A stretch of DNA of 63,914 nucleotides, filler included, from Nitrospinae bacterium RIFCSPLOWO2_12_FULL_45_22 (GTDB lineage Bacteria; 2-12-FULL-45-22), in NCBI GenBank assembly GCA_001803565.1. It is 7 parts of 7 records of this genome, joined end to end, with 100 filler letters (N's around TTAATTAATTAA, not from the genome) between each part and the next. Parts side by side here need not be neighbours in the genome. Positions count along the whole stretch, not along the records: positions 24,900 to 32,768 come from MHDQ01000062.1; positions 32,869 to 40,575 come from MHDQ01000063.1; 5 more parts are not named here. The stretch is one strand, 5' to 3'. Under the pieces are notes generated by a model. That model had not been told where the DNA came from, ran no database searches, and was given only the letters and a program-made list of their open reading frames with translations. Numbering within the stretch: position 1 is the stretch's first letter; each line of letters starts with the position of its first letter. Below, piece by piece: positions 29,443 to 40,144 of the stretch. Both the position numbers and the translations under genes were made by a program.

Positions 29443-31446
29443 TCACTTTACGGCTACCATATCGCCTACCAATTCCTTCAAGTCTAGTTCCTGTAATGCT
29501 TCTTCTGAAGGTATGCCACTTATAGGGTCCCAGCCCTTCTCTAAATAAAAATTCTTTGTCAAGGTGTTTACATCAACAGTGATCCCCTTTATAGAGCCTG
29601 CTGTCAGAGGAGGAACCCCAGCAGCGCGGGGTGGCAACTGAAAATCCTTTGGTAGTAGCCCTTCTCGCAGGTTAAAGCAGTGGCGTAAAGTATGGATTCG
29701 ATTACCGATCTTTAATGCATCATCAAAGGTGAGATTCCATCCGGTTACGGCATTGATCATTTCTACTAACGGAAGGTCTTGATACATAAGGGGATAGAAC
29801 AGACACATACCAGCACAGTTTATGACATGCATATAGTTACTTTGTAGTGTATGGAGCTTCCCCTTGTTTTCATAGTCATAGCGTTTGATTTCGGGGATAT
29901 TATAGCGGGCATAAAAGTCTGGCTTAAGGAAACCCATCTCGAAGAAGGCTGCCCCTCCTTGAGTATGGCGGGCGGGGGTAGGGTCGGCACAATAAGTGGT
30001 AGCAAAGCTGGGGCTGAGGCGAGGGTCGTGCATAGGTAGTTCCTGGCCGGCTACATGGATGGCATACTGTTCTGATCCCTTACCGATCTTTTGGGCAGCT
30101 ACCCGCACCCCATCGGCAAAGATATCCCCGATGCCATCTCGTTCGCCCATTCTTTTTAGTAACTGTATAACTGCCTCATGGTTGCCCCACGTCAGCTCCA
30201 GGCCATCAGCTTGAGCCTTTGAGAGAGCCCCCTTCTCAAAGCATTCTATGGCAAAGGCAACCGTTACTCCAGCAGAAATGGTATCAAAACCGTATCGGTT
30301 GCATAAATCATTGGCCATAATGATAGATTCCACATTATCATTCAGGCACATAGCACCGAAAGAGGCCAGGGTTTCATATTCTGGCTTATGGCCATGAGGC
30401 AAGGCATACCTGCCCTCTTTTACTTCCATAATACCACCACAGGCCACGATGCAGTTGGCGCAGGCAAATTTTTTTACCTGATACTTAATTACATTATCAT
30501 CGCTGATCTTAGAGGATTTCTTGGCCATAGAAAAATCCTGATAGGCAACCCCTAGCCAGTTCTTTAATGGGGCATCCTGCATCTCACACGAAACAGCAGT
30601 TAGGCCAGCAGTGCCATAGTCGTGAAACAATTGATTTACCGCCTTAACATCAGGTGGAGGCAGAGGGACCTTTAGACGGATCATGAGGGGCAAAAGGGGT
30701 TTTAATATCTTGGCCAAAAAGTCTTGAAACTTAGTAGGCCTAAGGGCCAATTGTTCCCGGATCATCTTGTTTAGCTCTTTCAGTCTGCCTTCATCGGCAA
30801 TAGCGGTCTTCTCCTTTCCTCTAACAGCCAGGGCCTTAAGATTTTTGGAACCCATAACTGCGCCTAAACCCGAGCGGGCCGCTGCCCTCCCTTTGTCATT
30901 GATTATACAGGAGATAAGGGATAGCTTTTCTCCGGCAGGGCCGATACTGGCTATTTTTAACTGGTTGTCTCCTAATTCCTGGCAGATTTGGTCTTCGGTC
31001 TCATTAGTATCTTTACCCCATAGATGGCCAGCATCTCTTAGTTCCTTGGAACCATTACCCAGGTAGAGATAAACCGGTTTAGGAGATTTACCCGTAAAGA
31101 ATATGGCATCGTAGCCAGTGCTTTTCAAAGCCGGTGCTAGATAGCCACCAGAATTGGCATCTCCCCAGGTGCCGGTTAGGGGAGATTTAGCTACGACAGT
31201 GTATCTGCCACAGCCCAGGGCACCGGTATGATTTAATGGTCCGGTAGTAAAACCCAGGATATTATCTGGTCCCAAAGGGTCTACACCAGGTTTCAACCGT
31301 TCATAAAGATATTTTACCCCTAAGCCATATCCTCCTAGAAACTTTTGGTATAACTCAGTGGGGACCTCTTCTTCCCTCAGTTCCCTGGTGGTCAAATCTA
31401 CCCAAAGAATCTTACCTGTATATCCTTTCAATCTTTCCTGTGCCAT
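29443..31446 (-). CDS. aor: Aldehyde:ferredoxin oxidoreductase (tungsten AOR family)
   Basis: GY.GKIL.VDL, KSPLTG, IGPAGE, GLGAVMGSK.LKA, C..C...C, PEYET, G.DTIS.G, HDPR. Confidence 0.94.
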   Translation of the reverse strand: MAQERLKGYTGKILWVDLTTRELREEEVPTELYQKFLGGYGLGVKYLYERLKPGVDPLGPDNILGFTTGPLNHTGALGCGRYTVVAKSPLTGTWGDANSGGYLAPALKSTGYDAIFFTGKSPKPVYLYLGNGSKELRDAGHLWGKDTNETEDQICQELGDNQLKIASIGPAGEKLSLISCIINDKGRAAARSGLGAVMGSKNLKALAVRGKEKTAIADEGRLKELNKMIREQLALRPTKFQDFLAKILKPLLPLMIRLKVPLPPPDVKAVNQLFHDYGTAGLTAVSCEMQDAPLKNWLGVAYQDFSMAKKSSKISDDNVIKYQVKKFACANCIVACGGIMEVKEGRYALPHGHKPEYETLASFGAMCLNDNVESIIMANDLCNRYGFDTISAGVTVAFAIECFEKGALSKAQADGLELTWGNHEAVIQLLKRMGERDGIGDIFADGVRVAAQKIGKGSEQYAIHVAGQELPMHDPRLSPSFATTYCADPTPARHTQGGAAFFEMGFLKPDFYARYNIPEIKRYDYENKGKLHTLQSNYMHVINCAGMCLFYPLMYQDLPLVEMINAVTGWNLTFDDALKIGNRIHTLRHCFNLREGLLPKDFQLPPRAAGVPPLTAGSIKGITVDVNTLTKNFYLEKGWDPISGIPSEEALQELDLKELVGDMVAVK

Positions 31447-31621
31447 GGCTTCCCCTCCTAAAGTAACCTACTAAACCCCAGTATACCCGTTTCCGCTCGG
31501 GACTTAAAAATTGCCCCCAGCTTAACTAAGGTTAATAAATAAGTCAAGGATATTTTGTTCGGGAGGTTGCCCAAAAATTTATTCCTGGGGATAATTGTGA
31601 CGTTAGCGAAGGAAGGAGCTA

Positions 31622-31751
31622 ACCGCAGAGTACGCAAAAAGCCGTCAGGCGTTAGTAGTAAGGCGTAAGGCGATAACTCCTCACCCCCTTACGCCTCACT
31701 TCTTACTCCTTACGCTGTACGTATCTTTGTGTGCTCTGCGCCCTCTGCGGT
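31622..31751. repeat. Nested hairpin element (ACCGCAGAG...CTCTGCGGT) with inner GTAAGGC/GCCTTAC-type heptamers
   Basis: Perfect 9-bp terminal inverted repeat; GTCAGGC GTTAGTA GTAAGGC GTAAGGC faces CCTTACG CCTCACT TCTTACT CCTTACG. Confidence 0.8.
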
Positions 31752-31766
31752 GCATAATCTCAGGAG

Positions 31767-32768
31767 TTAATTGAGGCAAACATTAGCAAATATTAACGGA
31801 TTTTCTAAGACCATCCCTGACCCGTTAACCACGGCCCTTAACGGATCTTCTGCTACAATAAAGGTACGACCAGTCTCCTGGGAGAGGTAGGTGTCCAACC
31901 CCCTCAGGAGAGAACCGCCACCAGCCAGCATGATACTATCTTGTTGGATATCTGCGGCTAGGGCCGCGGGGATGTGCTCTAAAGCCCTGATAATCAACTC
32001 AGCAATGGCCTTTAGCGGCCTCTTGAGCCCCGCTCTTATCAGTTCATTGTCTATGGTAACCGATTTAGGCAAATCTGTTACCATATCCTTTCCCCTTACT
32101 GTGGTCTCTAGTTTTTCTGGTAAGGAAATGGCCGAGCCTATTTCTTTTTTTATTCTCTCTGCCTCAAGGAGGCTGATAACAAGGTTGCATTTTTGCCGGA
32201 TATGCTGTTGGATAGCCTCATCCATCTCGTCACCGGCTATTTTTATGGCCTCCCAATGGGCTATCTCAGATGAGGCTATGACCGCTACTTCCGTAGTCCC
32301 ACCACCAATATCAACGATCATATGGGCGGTTGCTTCCTGAACCGGTATCTTTGCCCCTATAGCGGCTGCCATGGGTTCAGGGAGAAAATAGACTTTTCTG
32401 GCCTTACAATGCTGCGCTATCTCCCGGATAACCCTCCTCTCATACTGAGTAATGGCCGAGTGGACACAGATGAGCAGCCTGGGTTTTAGGAAGGCCTTCT
32501 TTTTTATGACCTGCTTCATGAAGGATGAGACCATCTGCTCTGTGCTGTCATAATCGGCTATACTTCCATCTTGCAGTGGCCTTATAGTCTTTATATAATC
32601 TGGGGTCTTCCCAAACATATCCCTGGCTTCTTTACCCACTGCCCTAATAGAGGAATCCCTTTCTGATATTGCTACCACGGAAGGCTCATCCAAGACCACC
32701 CCCTTTCCCTTAATATAGATGAGGGTATTGGCAGTACCAAGGTCTAGTGCTAAATCATCGTAAAAGAT
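31767..32768 (-). CDS. mreB: MreB/Mbl-like actin homologue (divergent paralogue), 5'-truncated
   Basis: DLGTANTL, EP.AAAIGA, DIGGGTTE, GG..LL.GLD. Confidence 0.88.
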   Translation of the reverse strand: MFYDDLALDLGTANTLIYIKGKGVVLDEPSVVAISERDSSIRAVGKEARDMFGKTPDYIKTIRPLQDGSIADYDSTEQMVSSFMKQVIKKKAFLKPRLLICVHSAITQYERRVIREIAQHCKARKVYFLPEPMAAAIGAKIPVQEATAHMIVDIGGGTTEVAVIASSEIAHWEAIKIAGDEMDEAIQQHIRQKCNLVISLLEAERIKKEIGSAISLPEKLETTVRGKDMVTDLPKSVTIDNELIRAGLKRPLKAIAELIIRALEHIPAALAADIQQDSIMLAGGGSLLRGLDTYLSQETGRTFIVAEDPLRAVVNGSGMVLENPLIFANVCLN

Positions 32769-32868
32769 NNNNNNNNNNNNNNNNNNNNNNNNNNNNNNNN
32801 NNNNNNNNNNNNTTAATTAATTAANNNNNNNNNNNNNNNNNNNNNNNNNNNNNNNNNNNNNNNNNNNN
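32769..32868. other. Artificial scaffold linker
   Basis: N-TTAATTAATTAA-N. Confidence 0.98.
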
Positions 32869-32997
32869 CAGGTTAAGTCACCACGAGGACCTGGTGGTGG
32901 TGGTGGTGGTGGTGGATTTGGCGGCCGTTCATCACGTGGAGGAGGTAGTGGTGGTGGCGCCGGCAGTAAAGGCAGACCCCCAAGAAGGAACTTTTAG
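32869..32997 (+). CDS. Gly/Arg-rich C-terminal tail, probably of an RRM RNA-binding protein (fragment)
   Basis: QVKSPRGPGGGGGGGFGGRSSRGGGSGGGAGSKGRPPRRNF*, followed by a terminator. Confidence 0.6.
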   Translation, partial: QVKSPRGPGGGGGGGGFGGRSSRGGGSGGGAGSKGRPPRRNF

Positions 32998-33026
32998 GCC
33001 TATCCACACAAAAATAAAGGCCCACA

Positions 33027-33070
33027 AAAATAAAGGCCCGCAGGATAAATCCTGCGGGCCTTATTTTTTT
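33027..33070. terminator. Bidirectional intrinsic terminator
   Basis: AAGGCCCGCAGGAT AA ATCCTGCGGGCCTT with A-rich and T-rich flanks, between convergent genes. Confidence 0.88.
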
Positions 33071-33084
33071 AAAATACATCAATA

Positions 33085-33264
33085 TTACTTGTGTTCCCCT
33101 GCTGGTGCCTGTTCTGCAGGAGCTGCCGGTGCCTGTTCTGCAGGGGCTGCTGGCGCTTGCTCTACTGGTGGAGGCGGTGCCGGTTGTTCTTTCTTCTGGC
33201 AAGCAGTAAAACCGATCATCCCTACCATGGCCAGGGTTAATAGCATTAATAATCCCTTTTTCAT
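33085..33264 (-). CDS. Small Pro/Ala-rich lipoprotein
   Basis: MKK-hydrophobic-FTAC lipobox; EQAPAAPA repeats; GGGGGTGA SD. Confidence 0.8.
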   Translation of the reverse strand: MKKGLLMLLTLAMVGMIGFTACQKKEQPAPPPPVEQAPAAPAEQAPAAPAEQAPAGEHK

Positions 33265-33524
33265 CTGTTCATTCACCCCCTTTCTTTGTTTAAATTTCTT
33301 TTTCATTTCCTTATTATTGAATAATATCTTTGTATATTCAGATTACATTATTTCGTTGTTAACGATGGGATCACACTATTAATGATTTCCACGAGACACA
33401 CAAATTATATGTGCTTACTTTGGCAAGTTCCATGTGTGGGAAACATAACATCTTCATCTTCGTATTCAAAATACCAGTGCAATATTAAACATGAAATAAA
33501 AACTAATGTCAAGACAAATAACAT

Positions 33525-36500
33525 TCAAATAACATTTACACTCTTTCCATGTCGCAGGAATATGAGTTTAAATCCTTTAACATCAGCACTAATACACCTT
33601 TTTACAGCCTCCGTGTAAATCTTTCCCGATATAGTATATTCTTTAATCTTATCTGCTATTTCATGTTCAGAAACCCTGTCTGTCTTGTAGTCTGCGGCGT
33701 ATATATTGCCGCCATGCTTATAGACAACATCAATGACGCCTTCCATAACCTGCCCATCCCAGGGTATTGTAAACGGAATCTCTCTTCCTGAAATCTCTGC
33801 TCCCTTTAACTCCTGCCAGGCGGATGACCCTGAGAATGTTTCAAACATTATTTCAAGTTCAGATATAATATCTGACGAGGGGGGAAACGGCATAAACTTG
33901 CTGCAGGCATCTTCAACCGCTGCCTTAAACAGCGATGTGTCTTTCTCAAAGTCCCAGTGCTCGAGAATATAATGTGCAATGTTACCTATAATCAGGGACC
34001 GTTCTCCTGATAAGATTTCAGAAACTTCAGACTTCCCCTTTTTCTTAGGAGTACCGGCAGCCGTCTTTTCAAGCCATGATGGTGTTATAAAAAGACGTTT
34101 ATCTTTCATCGTCCTGAAATCTTTGTCTCTTCTATCCCATAGATCCGAAAGTTCTTCTATTTTCTCTGTAGTGGTTATATCTCCGTTCATCCTGATCTCT
34201 TTTTTAGAAATTCCGGGAACAGTGCATAATGTATAGTCAATCACGTTCTGTTTAATTATTCCTTCATCTATCCTGATTTCATTAACCGAACTGTCTCCTG
34301 CTGAAACTCCGGCTGAATCCCTGATCATTGAAAGAAAACTTCCCCTGTAAATCCTTTTACCCAGGATGCCGGACAATACAAGGCATTCTCTGGCCCTGGT
34401 CATTGCAACATACAGAAGCCTCTTTTGCTCCTCCTCCTGTCTCGTCTTTTCCTTATCCTGAAGCATAATGGCAGCATTATTCCCATAGTCTGCTATCCTT
34501 ATGCCTATTACACCACCTGACCAATCATACATGACACTTGCGGCATCCCTTCCCCTGTTCGGGGTACCATGGATGCCGCCCACAACAACCACAGGGAATT
34601 CAAGTCCCTTGGCCCTGTGAATGCTCAATATCCTCACCGCATCAATCCCCTCTTCGGAAAGAAGGCTCTCCCCTTCTTCCTCCCTGACGGCAATCTTCTT
34701 TTCCAACAATGCCGTAAATCCTTTAAGTGTCAGATTTGATTTATCACTCATCGTCTCTGCAATCTTATATATCTTGCGCAGGTTGGCTACAGACTGTTCG
34801 CCGTTATATGAAGAAGCAGCAAGCTCAAGGACGGGCGAATTGTCAAATATATAATGGATAGCCTCCGGAACAGGTATTAATGAAACATTATCAGCAAGGA
34901 CCTTAAGAAGGGTGAATAATGCCGGTTTCTCCCCTTCAACACGATAGTCAGGCAATGATAACCTGCTTAACTCATAAAGTTCCCTGTCTGACATACCGCC
35001 TAAGGGAGAACGCAGCACACCCGCTAAGGCAATTTTGTCCCATGGATTATCCAGTACCCTGAGCAGGTTCACAAAATCTATCACCTCCTGAGTACCGTAG
35101 AAATGCCGGTCACCCTCAACTATATAAGGTATTTGAAGGCGTCTCAGTACATCAAGATACTCATGCACTTGAGTAAGCTTAGGGAGCAATATGGCAATAT
35201 GCCGCGGCGAAACAGGCGCCTCATTACCATCTGAATCTGATATGACCTCTTTTCCGATCATCTCTTCCTTAAGAAATTTCCCTATTGCTATGGCCTCCCG
35301 TTCTACAGCCTCTGTTGAATCATTCTCATCCTCATGACGGGTATCCACTAATCTTAGTTCTACCCTTTGAACAGGTTTCAAAGCTTCATGCCCCGGACAG
35401 GCGATTATATCAACATATTCAGGCTGGAGATGATCCCGTGCCCTTATAATCCGCCTGCACATGGAGTTAACCACATTAATTATCCCATTATTACTTCTGA
35501 AATTGGTGGAAAGATTTGCTATAACTCCGCCCTGCTCTACTATCATGTCAACTACCTTATGATATGCCTCAATATCAGCCCCGCGGAATGCATAAATTGA
35601 TTGCTTGGGATCTCCAACTATGAATATCTTACCAGGCGTAAGCTTTATCCCGCGCCAATCTGTTTCATGTTTTCCCTCTATCTCAGCAAGATACAGGATT
35701 ATCTCATACTGCAATGGGTCTGTATCCTGAAATTCATCAACAAGAATAGACTTAAAATGATTTTTCAGATAGTTGCGTATATTCAGTTTATTTTTAAGGA
35801 GATTACAACAGAAGGACAGAAGGCCATCAAATGATGTATTTCCTGAAATAACAAACTTTCTTCTGAATGAGGAAGCAAAAGGGAGAATGAGTTCAATCAA
35901 CTTCTGTATAAATGAATCATCGGCAGTGGAAAGGCCCTGTGCAATTGATACGATCCGTACCGCTTCATTATAATCGTTTTCAAGCCAGTCCCTGGGGCTT
36001 TTTGTTGGAATATTATCATTGAAGTAAGACACATGGATACCCGCAGACAAGTCATTTAATACATCTATTGTTTTTCGAAGAAGGTCGTGCATCTTAACCT
36101 TCCTGACACCCTCATACTGATCTAACAGCGCTTGTGCCTTATTCCTCTCCTGCCCTAACCAGCTCAGTAATTTACTGTTTAACAGCTCCCGGCTTATCTC
36201 ATTTTTTAAGGATGAAACCGGTATAGTTTCTCTGCACAAATCTTTCGCAAGTATCTCTACCTTGTCCAGAGAGACTTTCCTGAGTATATCTTTCCATGTT
36301 TCTCCATGAGGAGGATTGGAAGATAACTCCATGTCAAGCCACTCCTCCCATTCACGTTCAAAATGTTCATCAAACAGTGAACCATCATCTTCCTCAAAAT
36401 CTGGGTCAAGCCCGGCCTCCAATGGATACAGCCGGAGAATATGTCCGGCAAAACCATGAATAGTACCTATCTGCGCCTTTTCCATGTTATTGATTGCATT

Positions 36501-36854
36501 TGAAGCCCTTTCTGCAATCTGATTCAAGCTCAGGTTGTATCTGTGCATGATGTCACAAAGCAATTTGTCCTCATAGGAGGTCTTTTCATCTGAAAATCCC
36601 TTTGTAACCCTGTCAATAAAATATTGCAGCCTCCCCCTCAGCCGTATCTTCATCTCATTTGCAGCCTTCTTTGTAAATGTGATGGCTATGATGTCAGTAA
36701 TCCTGAGAGGTTCAGGTTCACGCATTAATAGATGCGTTATACGGTCCACAAGCAGGGTGGTCTTACCGGTACCAGCCCCGGCTGTTACTACCACATTTTT
36801 GTCAAAGGTCGTAACGGCAAGCAGTCTGTCTTTATTGTCTTGTAGTTCTTTCAC
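33525..36854 (-). CDS. addA: AddA/UvrD-type helicase-nuclease
   Basis: AGAGTGKT, ITFT.KAA.EM, TIH.F, VDEFQDT, VGDPKQSIY.FR.AD, SIH.AKGLEF, YVA.TRA; C-terminal G.ID...DYKT nuclease. Confidence 0.9.
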   Translation of the reverse strand: MKELQDNKDRLLAVTTFDKNVVVTAGAGTGKTTLLVDRITHLLMREPEPLRITDIIAITFTKKAANEMKIRLRGRLQYFIDRVTKGFSDEKTSYEDKLLCDIMHRYNLSLNQIAERASNAINNMEKAQIGTIHGFAGHILRLYPLEAGLDPDFEEDDGSLFDEHFEREWEEWLDMELSSNPPHGETWKDILRKVSLDKVEILAKDLCRETIPVSSLKNEISRELLNSKLLSWLGQERNKAQALLDQYEGVRKVKMHDLLRKTIDVLNDLSAGIHVSYFNDNIPTKSPRDWLENDYNEAVRIVSIAQGLSTADDSFIQKLIELILPFASSFRRKFVISGNTSFDGLLSFCCNLLKNKLNIRNYLKNHFKSILVDEFQDTDPLQYEIILYLAEIEGKHETDWRGIKLTPGKIFIVGDPKQSIYAFRGADIEAYHKVVDMIVEQGGVIANLSTNFRSNNGIINVVNSMCRRIIRARDHLQPEYVDIIACPGHEALKPVQRVELRLVDTRHEDENDSTEAVEREAIAIGKFLKEEMIGKEVISDSDGNEAPVSPRHIAILLPKLTQVHEYLDVLRRLQIPYIVEGDRHFYGTQEVIDFVNLLRVLDNPWDKIALAGVLRSPLGGMSDRELYELSRLSLPDYRVEGEKPALFTLLKVLADNVSLIPVPEAIHYIFDNSPVLELAASSYNGEQSVANLRKIYKIAETMSDKSNLTLKGFTALLEKKIAVREEEGESLLSEEGIDAVRILSIHRAKGLEFPVVVVGGIHGTPNRGRDAASVMYDWSGGVIGIRIADYGNNAAIMLQDKEKTRQEEEQKRLLYVAMTRARECLVLSGILGKRIYRGSFLSMIRDSAGVSAGDSSVNEIRIDEGIIKQNVIDYTLCTVPGISKKEIRMNGDITTTEKIEELSDLWDRRDKDFRTMKDKRLFITPSWLEKTAAGTPKKKGKSEVSEILSGERSLIIGNIAHYILEHWDFEKDTSLFKAAVEDACSKFMPFPPSSDIISELEIMFETFSGSSAWQELKGAEISGREIPFTIPWDGQVMEGVIDVVYKHGGNIYAADYKTDRVSEHEIADKIKEYTISGKIYTEAVKRCISADVKGFKLIFLRHGKSVNVI

Positions 36855-39800
36855 TCGAAAATCCCTATTTTTTTCTTTCTCAGGTCTCTGTATGCTTTAG
36901 TAATCTTATCATCCTTCTTTGCCCGCAATCTCGTTGGAAAATGGTTCTTCCTGCATATTGTTGAATAGTCACAACTCTTGCAATAATTACCCGGCAGAAT
37001 AAAAAAGAGGCCGTCTCTTATACCTTCCAGCAATAGCTTGATTGTGCTTTTTATATATTCACCAAGACCTGATTGCCAGCAATCACCCGGAAAGTCCCTC
37101 GATCTATCTTCAACCTTCTCATCATTCGAGTTAGGCCAGTTAGGCGCTAAATAATAGAACCTCACATCCTCGCATAAGGGATTCTCTATACCCTCTTTAT
37201 CCTTCAGATACTCCGCTGCCATTAAAATATACATGGGGGGCTGGAGTATCTGCCCTCTGACAGCCGCAGTTATAATATCTTTGTCCTCAGACCTGGCAGA
37301 AGCGCCCATCTTGAACTTGTAATCTATAATCCTGAACCGGTCATGATCTTTCTTTATATCCATCCTGTCAAGGTAACCGTGAATAGGTATGTCGTTAATA
37401 CTATCCCCATGAAAAGTCACAGTTAAGTGACCTTTGACGCCGGCCTCAAAGATATGGGGTTGGAATCCGGAAACAGACAACTCCTGAAGATCCTTATCAA
37501 TTAGATCCTTCAGGAGCGACAAGAACCTTTCCTGCTCTATCTCCCAAATTACAGGATACCCCACACTATAATTTTGCTCAAATTCAGCAAATTCAGCGGA
37601 TGCTGCATCTTTAAGACTTACTGCGACATGAAAGTCCCTGGCCATGCTATATCCTGAATAAAACCTTTTCAATATACTATGACAGATGTTCCCTGCATCA
37701 ACAGGGTGTATCTCAAAAATAGTCTCCGGCCTTTCTATTTTATTAAGGCCAAGCAGATGGCGGGCAAAATATGAAAAGGGACATCGGGCAAACATCTCAA
37801 GAGAAGTAGGAGAAATACCCCGTTCCATAGAATGACTCCAGTACTCTTCTGCCGGTCCTGTTATCCCGTCAAACTCAGTAAGTCCTGACTTCATCTTTTC
37901 ATGTTGTGCAATGCTTTTAGTTCCATGATAATACAACTTAGAGTTCAAGTTAAACTTTAGCATTATACCGGTAGGATCTGTGTCCTCAAGGATAAGTCTT
38001 GTAGATAACTCATGAGGGGTAAGGAAGGAGTAATCATACAACTCAGCTATTGTAAATTTATCGCTAAGCCTTCTTGGTATCCTATACTCTTTCACAGGAT
38101 ACGCCATTTTAACTTCAGATATGTACCACGAAGGGATCTTCGTCTCACCTGAGTCATCCGTCCTCTGGTAAGAGATATATAACCTTTCTTTTGCAGAGTT
38201 AATGAGCAGGTAAAACAAGAGTTTTTCCTCTTCAAAGCCGCTAAGCTTCTCTGTAATCTTATAACCCAGGACACGCTCCATCACCTGCCGTACAGAATCT
38301 CTGAGCAAAGGATCCTCCCTGATGTTTCTCGGAAAGGTCTTTTCATTCATGCCGATAACGAATAAAACCCGGAACGGTATGGCACGGGCAGCCATTGCAT
38401 CAAGAACCTGAACTCCTGCGATATCTTTATCACAAACCTTATACTCCATGTTCTCCAAACTTCGACTGAATGTACTGATAAATTCAGACAGTGTAACTTC
38501 AGCGCTGACCAACTCAAGACTCCGCAGGGATGAAAGCGCCTCTATTACAGAGCCTGCCGCATTAAAATAATCCCTATCAGAACCTTCTGCTTCAGGATAC
38601 TCCGTACCTGAACTATCGATATCAATATATTTCCTGATTAAGACCGTAAAACTCCCCGCATAACCGCTCCAGGAGCCTTTAGGAGGAAGAGAACTGAAAT
38701 CTTCAATCAGAGAGGTTACAAGANNNNNNNNNNNNNNNNTCTCCTCACCGCTGACCATTGCTTCAGGTTCATCTTCCTTCTCAGTTTTTCTAAGGACAAG
38801 ACCATCCTTAAGATACTTATCAAGTCTGTCCCATTCTTTCTGTCCTTTTGATATGCCTGTCAGGCGTGTAACCACATCCCATTTATCAGGTCTTGGCTCT
38901 GCATTCTCAGGACAAAAGGACTTGATCTTCTTTTGGCAACAATGAGATGACGCAATATCTATAATATCTGCACGCCTGTAATCATTTTNNNNNNNNNNNN
39001 NNNNNNNNNNNNNNNNNNNNNNNNNNNNNNNNNNNNNNNNNNNNNNNNNNNNNNNNNNNNNNNNNNNNNNNNNNNNNNNNNNNNNNNTTCTCTTAATGAT
39101 GTGAACATATTCATTAATATCTCTTGCTGCAACCCCAATCTCTGAGAAAGAGTACCCATCCTCTTCCACTAACCTTAGTATTGTTTTCGCCGCCACAGCG
39201 ACTTCATCCTCCATTCCTGAGGTATTTATTATTGCAAGGGATGATTTAACAGGAAAGAGGGTCTTACTATTTGCATACAAACTATCCGCATCCGGACATC
39301 GTATAACCTTTGAATAATTATTCATCAACCCCTGGATGAAGGAATCATAGAATCGCCTTGTAGATGAAAGCGCCGGTACATCCTCTGCATGCGGAAAGAA
39401 TATAGTTACGGGATAGTGCTGAACAATAGCACGCATCAGATCATACTGGACCTGAGTAAGGTCATAAAATCCATAATAAATTATCCCGTCAAATTTCCTG
39501 AGATATGCAGATGATGGTACAACCTCTGAAGCCATATCAGGAAGGTCTGAGTAGTCAATGATAGACTTATCTCTTTTTCTGAGAAGGAATTCTTTATATA
39601 TGACCAACAGGGCTATTATCTTCTCATAATCCTCCCCGTCAAAAAGCCCATCCCTGATGGCCTCTATCATATTATCAGGCNNNNNNNNNNNNNNNNNNNN
39701 NNNNNNNNNNNNNNNNNNNNNNNNNNNNNNNNNNNNNNNNNNNNNNNNNNNNNNNNNNNNNNNGTTAGTCTCTGATGCGTCTGTTCCAAGTATATGGCGT

Positions 39801-40096
39801 ATCATTTCTGTAAAGAAAAAGTCATCACATATCATGTGACTCATCTTCTGACTCATCAGGCCATATTTCTCTTCATAAAGTTTCAGAGATAATGTGTGAA
39901 ATGTAAGAAAGTGGACGCCCATAAGACACATTCCACGCTCTATTGTAAGGAGGGTCTTAAGGCGTTTCCGGATATGGTCTGACGGGGTTACTATTGCAAT
40001 CTGTGATAGTTGGTCTTTCTTCTTAATCTCTGCTATATGCTGACACAGCGCATCTTCCAGATCCGGGTGGAAATTACCAAGGTATACGTTTAACAT
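36851..40096 (-). CDS. addB: AddB/RexB-type nuclease subunit (contains three N gaps)
   Basis: GF.DLT, G.NE..FP, SPT.LE....CPF, G..DR.D, IIDYK, C..C.Y...C Fe-S cysteines. Confidence 0.85.
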   Translation of the reverse strand: MLNVYLGNFHPDLEDALCQHIAEIKKKDQLSQIAIVTPSDHIRKRLKTLLTIERGMCLMGVHFLTFHTLSLKLYEEKYGLMSQKMSHMICDDFFFTEMIRHILGTDASETNXXXXXXXXXXXXXXXXXXXXXXXXXXXXPDNMIEAIRDGLFDGEDYEKIIALLVIYKEFLLRKRDKSIIDYSDLPDMASEVVPSSAYLRKFDGIIYYGFYDLTQVQYDLMRAIVQHYPVTIFFPHAEDVPALSSTRRFYDSFIQGLMNNYSKVIRCPDADSLYANSKTLFPVKSSLAIINTSGMEDEVAVAAKTILRLVEEDGYSFSEIGVAARDINEYVHIIKRXXXXXXXXXXXXXXXXXXXXXXXXXXXXXXXXXXNDYRRADIIDIASSHCCQKKIKSFCPENAEPRPDKWDVVTRLTGISKGQKEWDRLDKYLKDGLVLRKTEKEDEPEAMVSGEEXXXXXXLVTSLIEDFSSLPPKGSWSGYAGSFTVLIRKYIDIDSSGTEYPEAEGSDRDYFNAAGSVIEALSSLRSLELVSAEVTLSEFISTFSRSLENMEYKVCDKDIAGVQVLDAMAARAIPFRVLFVIGMNEKTFPRNIREDPLLRDSVRQVMERVLGYKITEKLSGFEEEKLLFYLLINSAKERLYISYQRTDDSGETKIPSWYISEVKMAYPVKEYRIPRRLSDKFTIAELYDYSFLTPHELSTRLILEDTDPTGIMLKFNLNSKLYYHGTKSIAQHEKMKSGLTEFDGITGPAEEYWSHSMERGISPTSLEMFARCPFSYFARHLLGLNKIERPETIFEIHPVDAGNICHSILKRFYSGYSMARDFHVAVSLKDAASAEFAEFEQNYSVGYPVIWEIEQERFLSLLKDLIDKDLQELSVSGFQPHIFEAGVKGHLTVTFHGDSINDIPIHGYLDRMDIKKDHDRFRIIDYKFKMGASARSEDKDIITAAVRGQILQPPMYILMAAEYLKDKEGIENPLCEDVRFYYLAPNWPNSNDEKVEDRSRDFPGDCWQSGLGEYIKSTIKLLLEGIRDGLFFILPGNYCKSCDYSTICRKNHFPTRLRAKKDDKITKAYRDLRKKKIGIFE

Positions 40097-40144
40097 GAGG
40101 TTGTATTGCTTAGTGCTAATTTATTCTGCTGCCTGCTGCCTGAA

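Noticed and set aside
32894-33382. Poly-Val and poly-His ORFs
   Set aside because: Alternative frames of the (GGT)n Gly-rich tail and the antisense of the lipoprotein gene.
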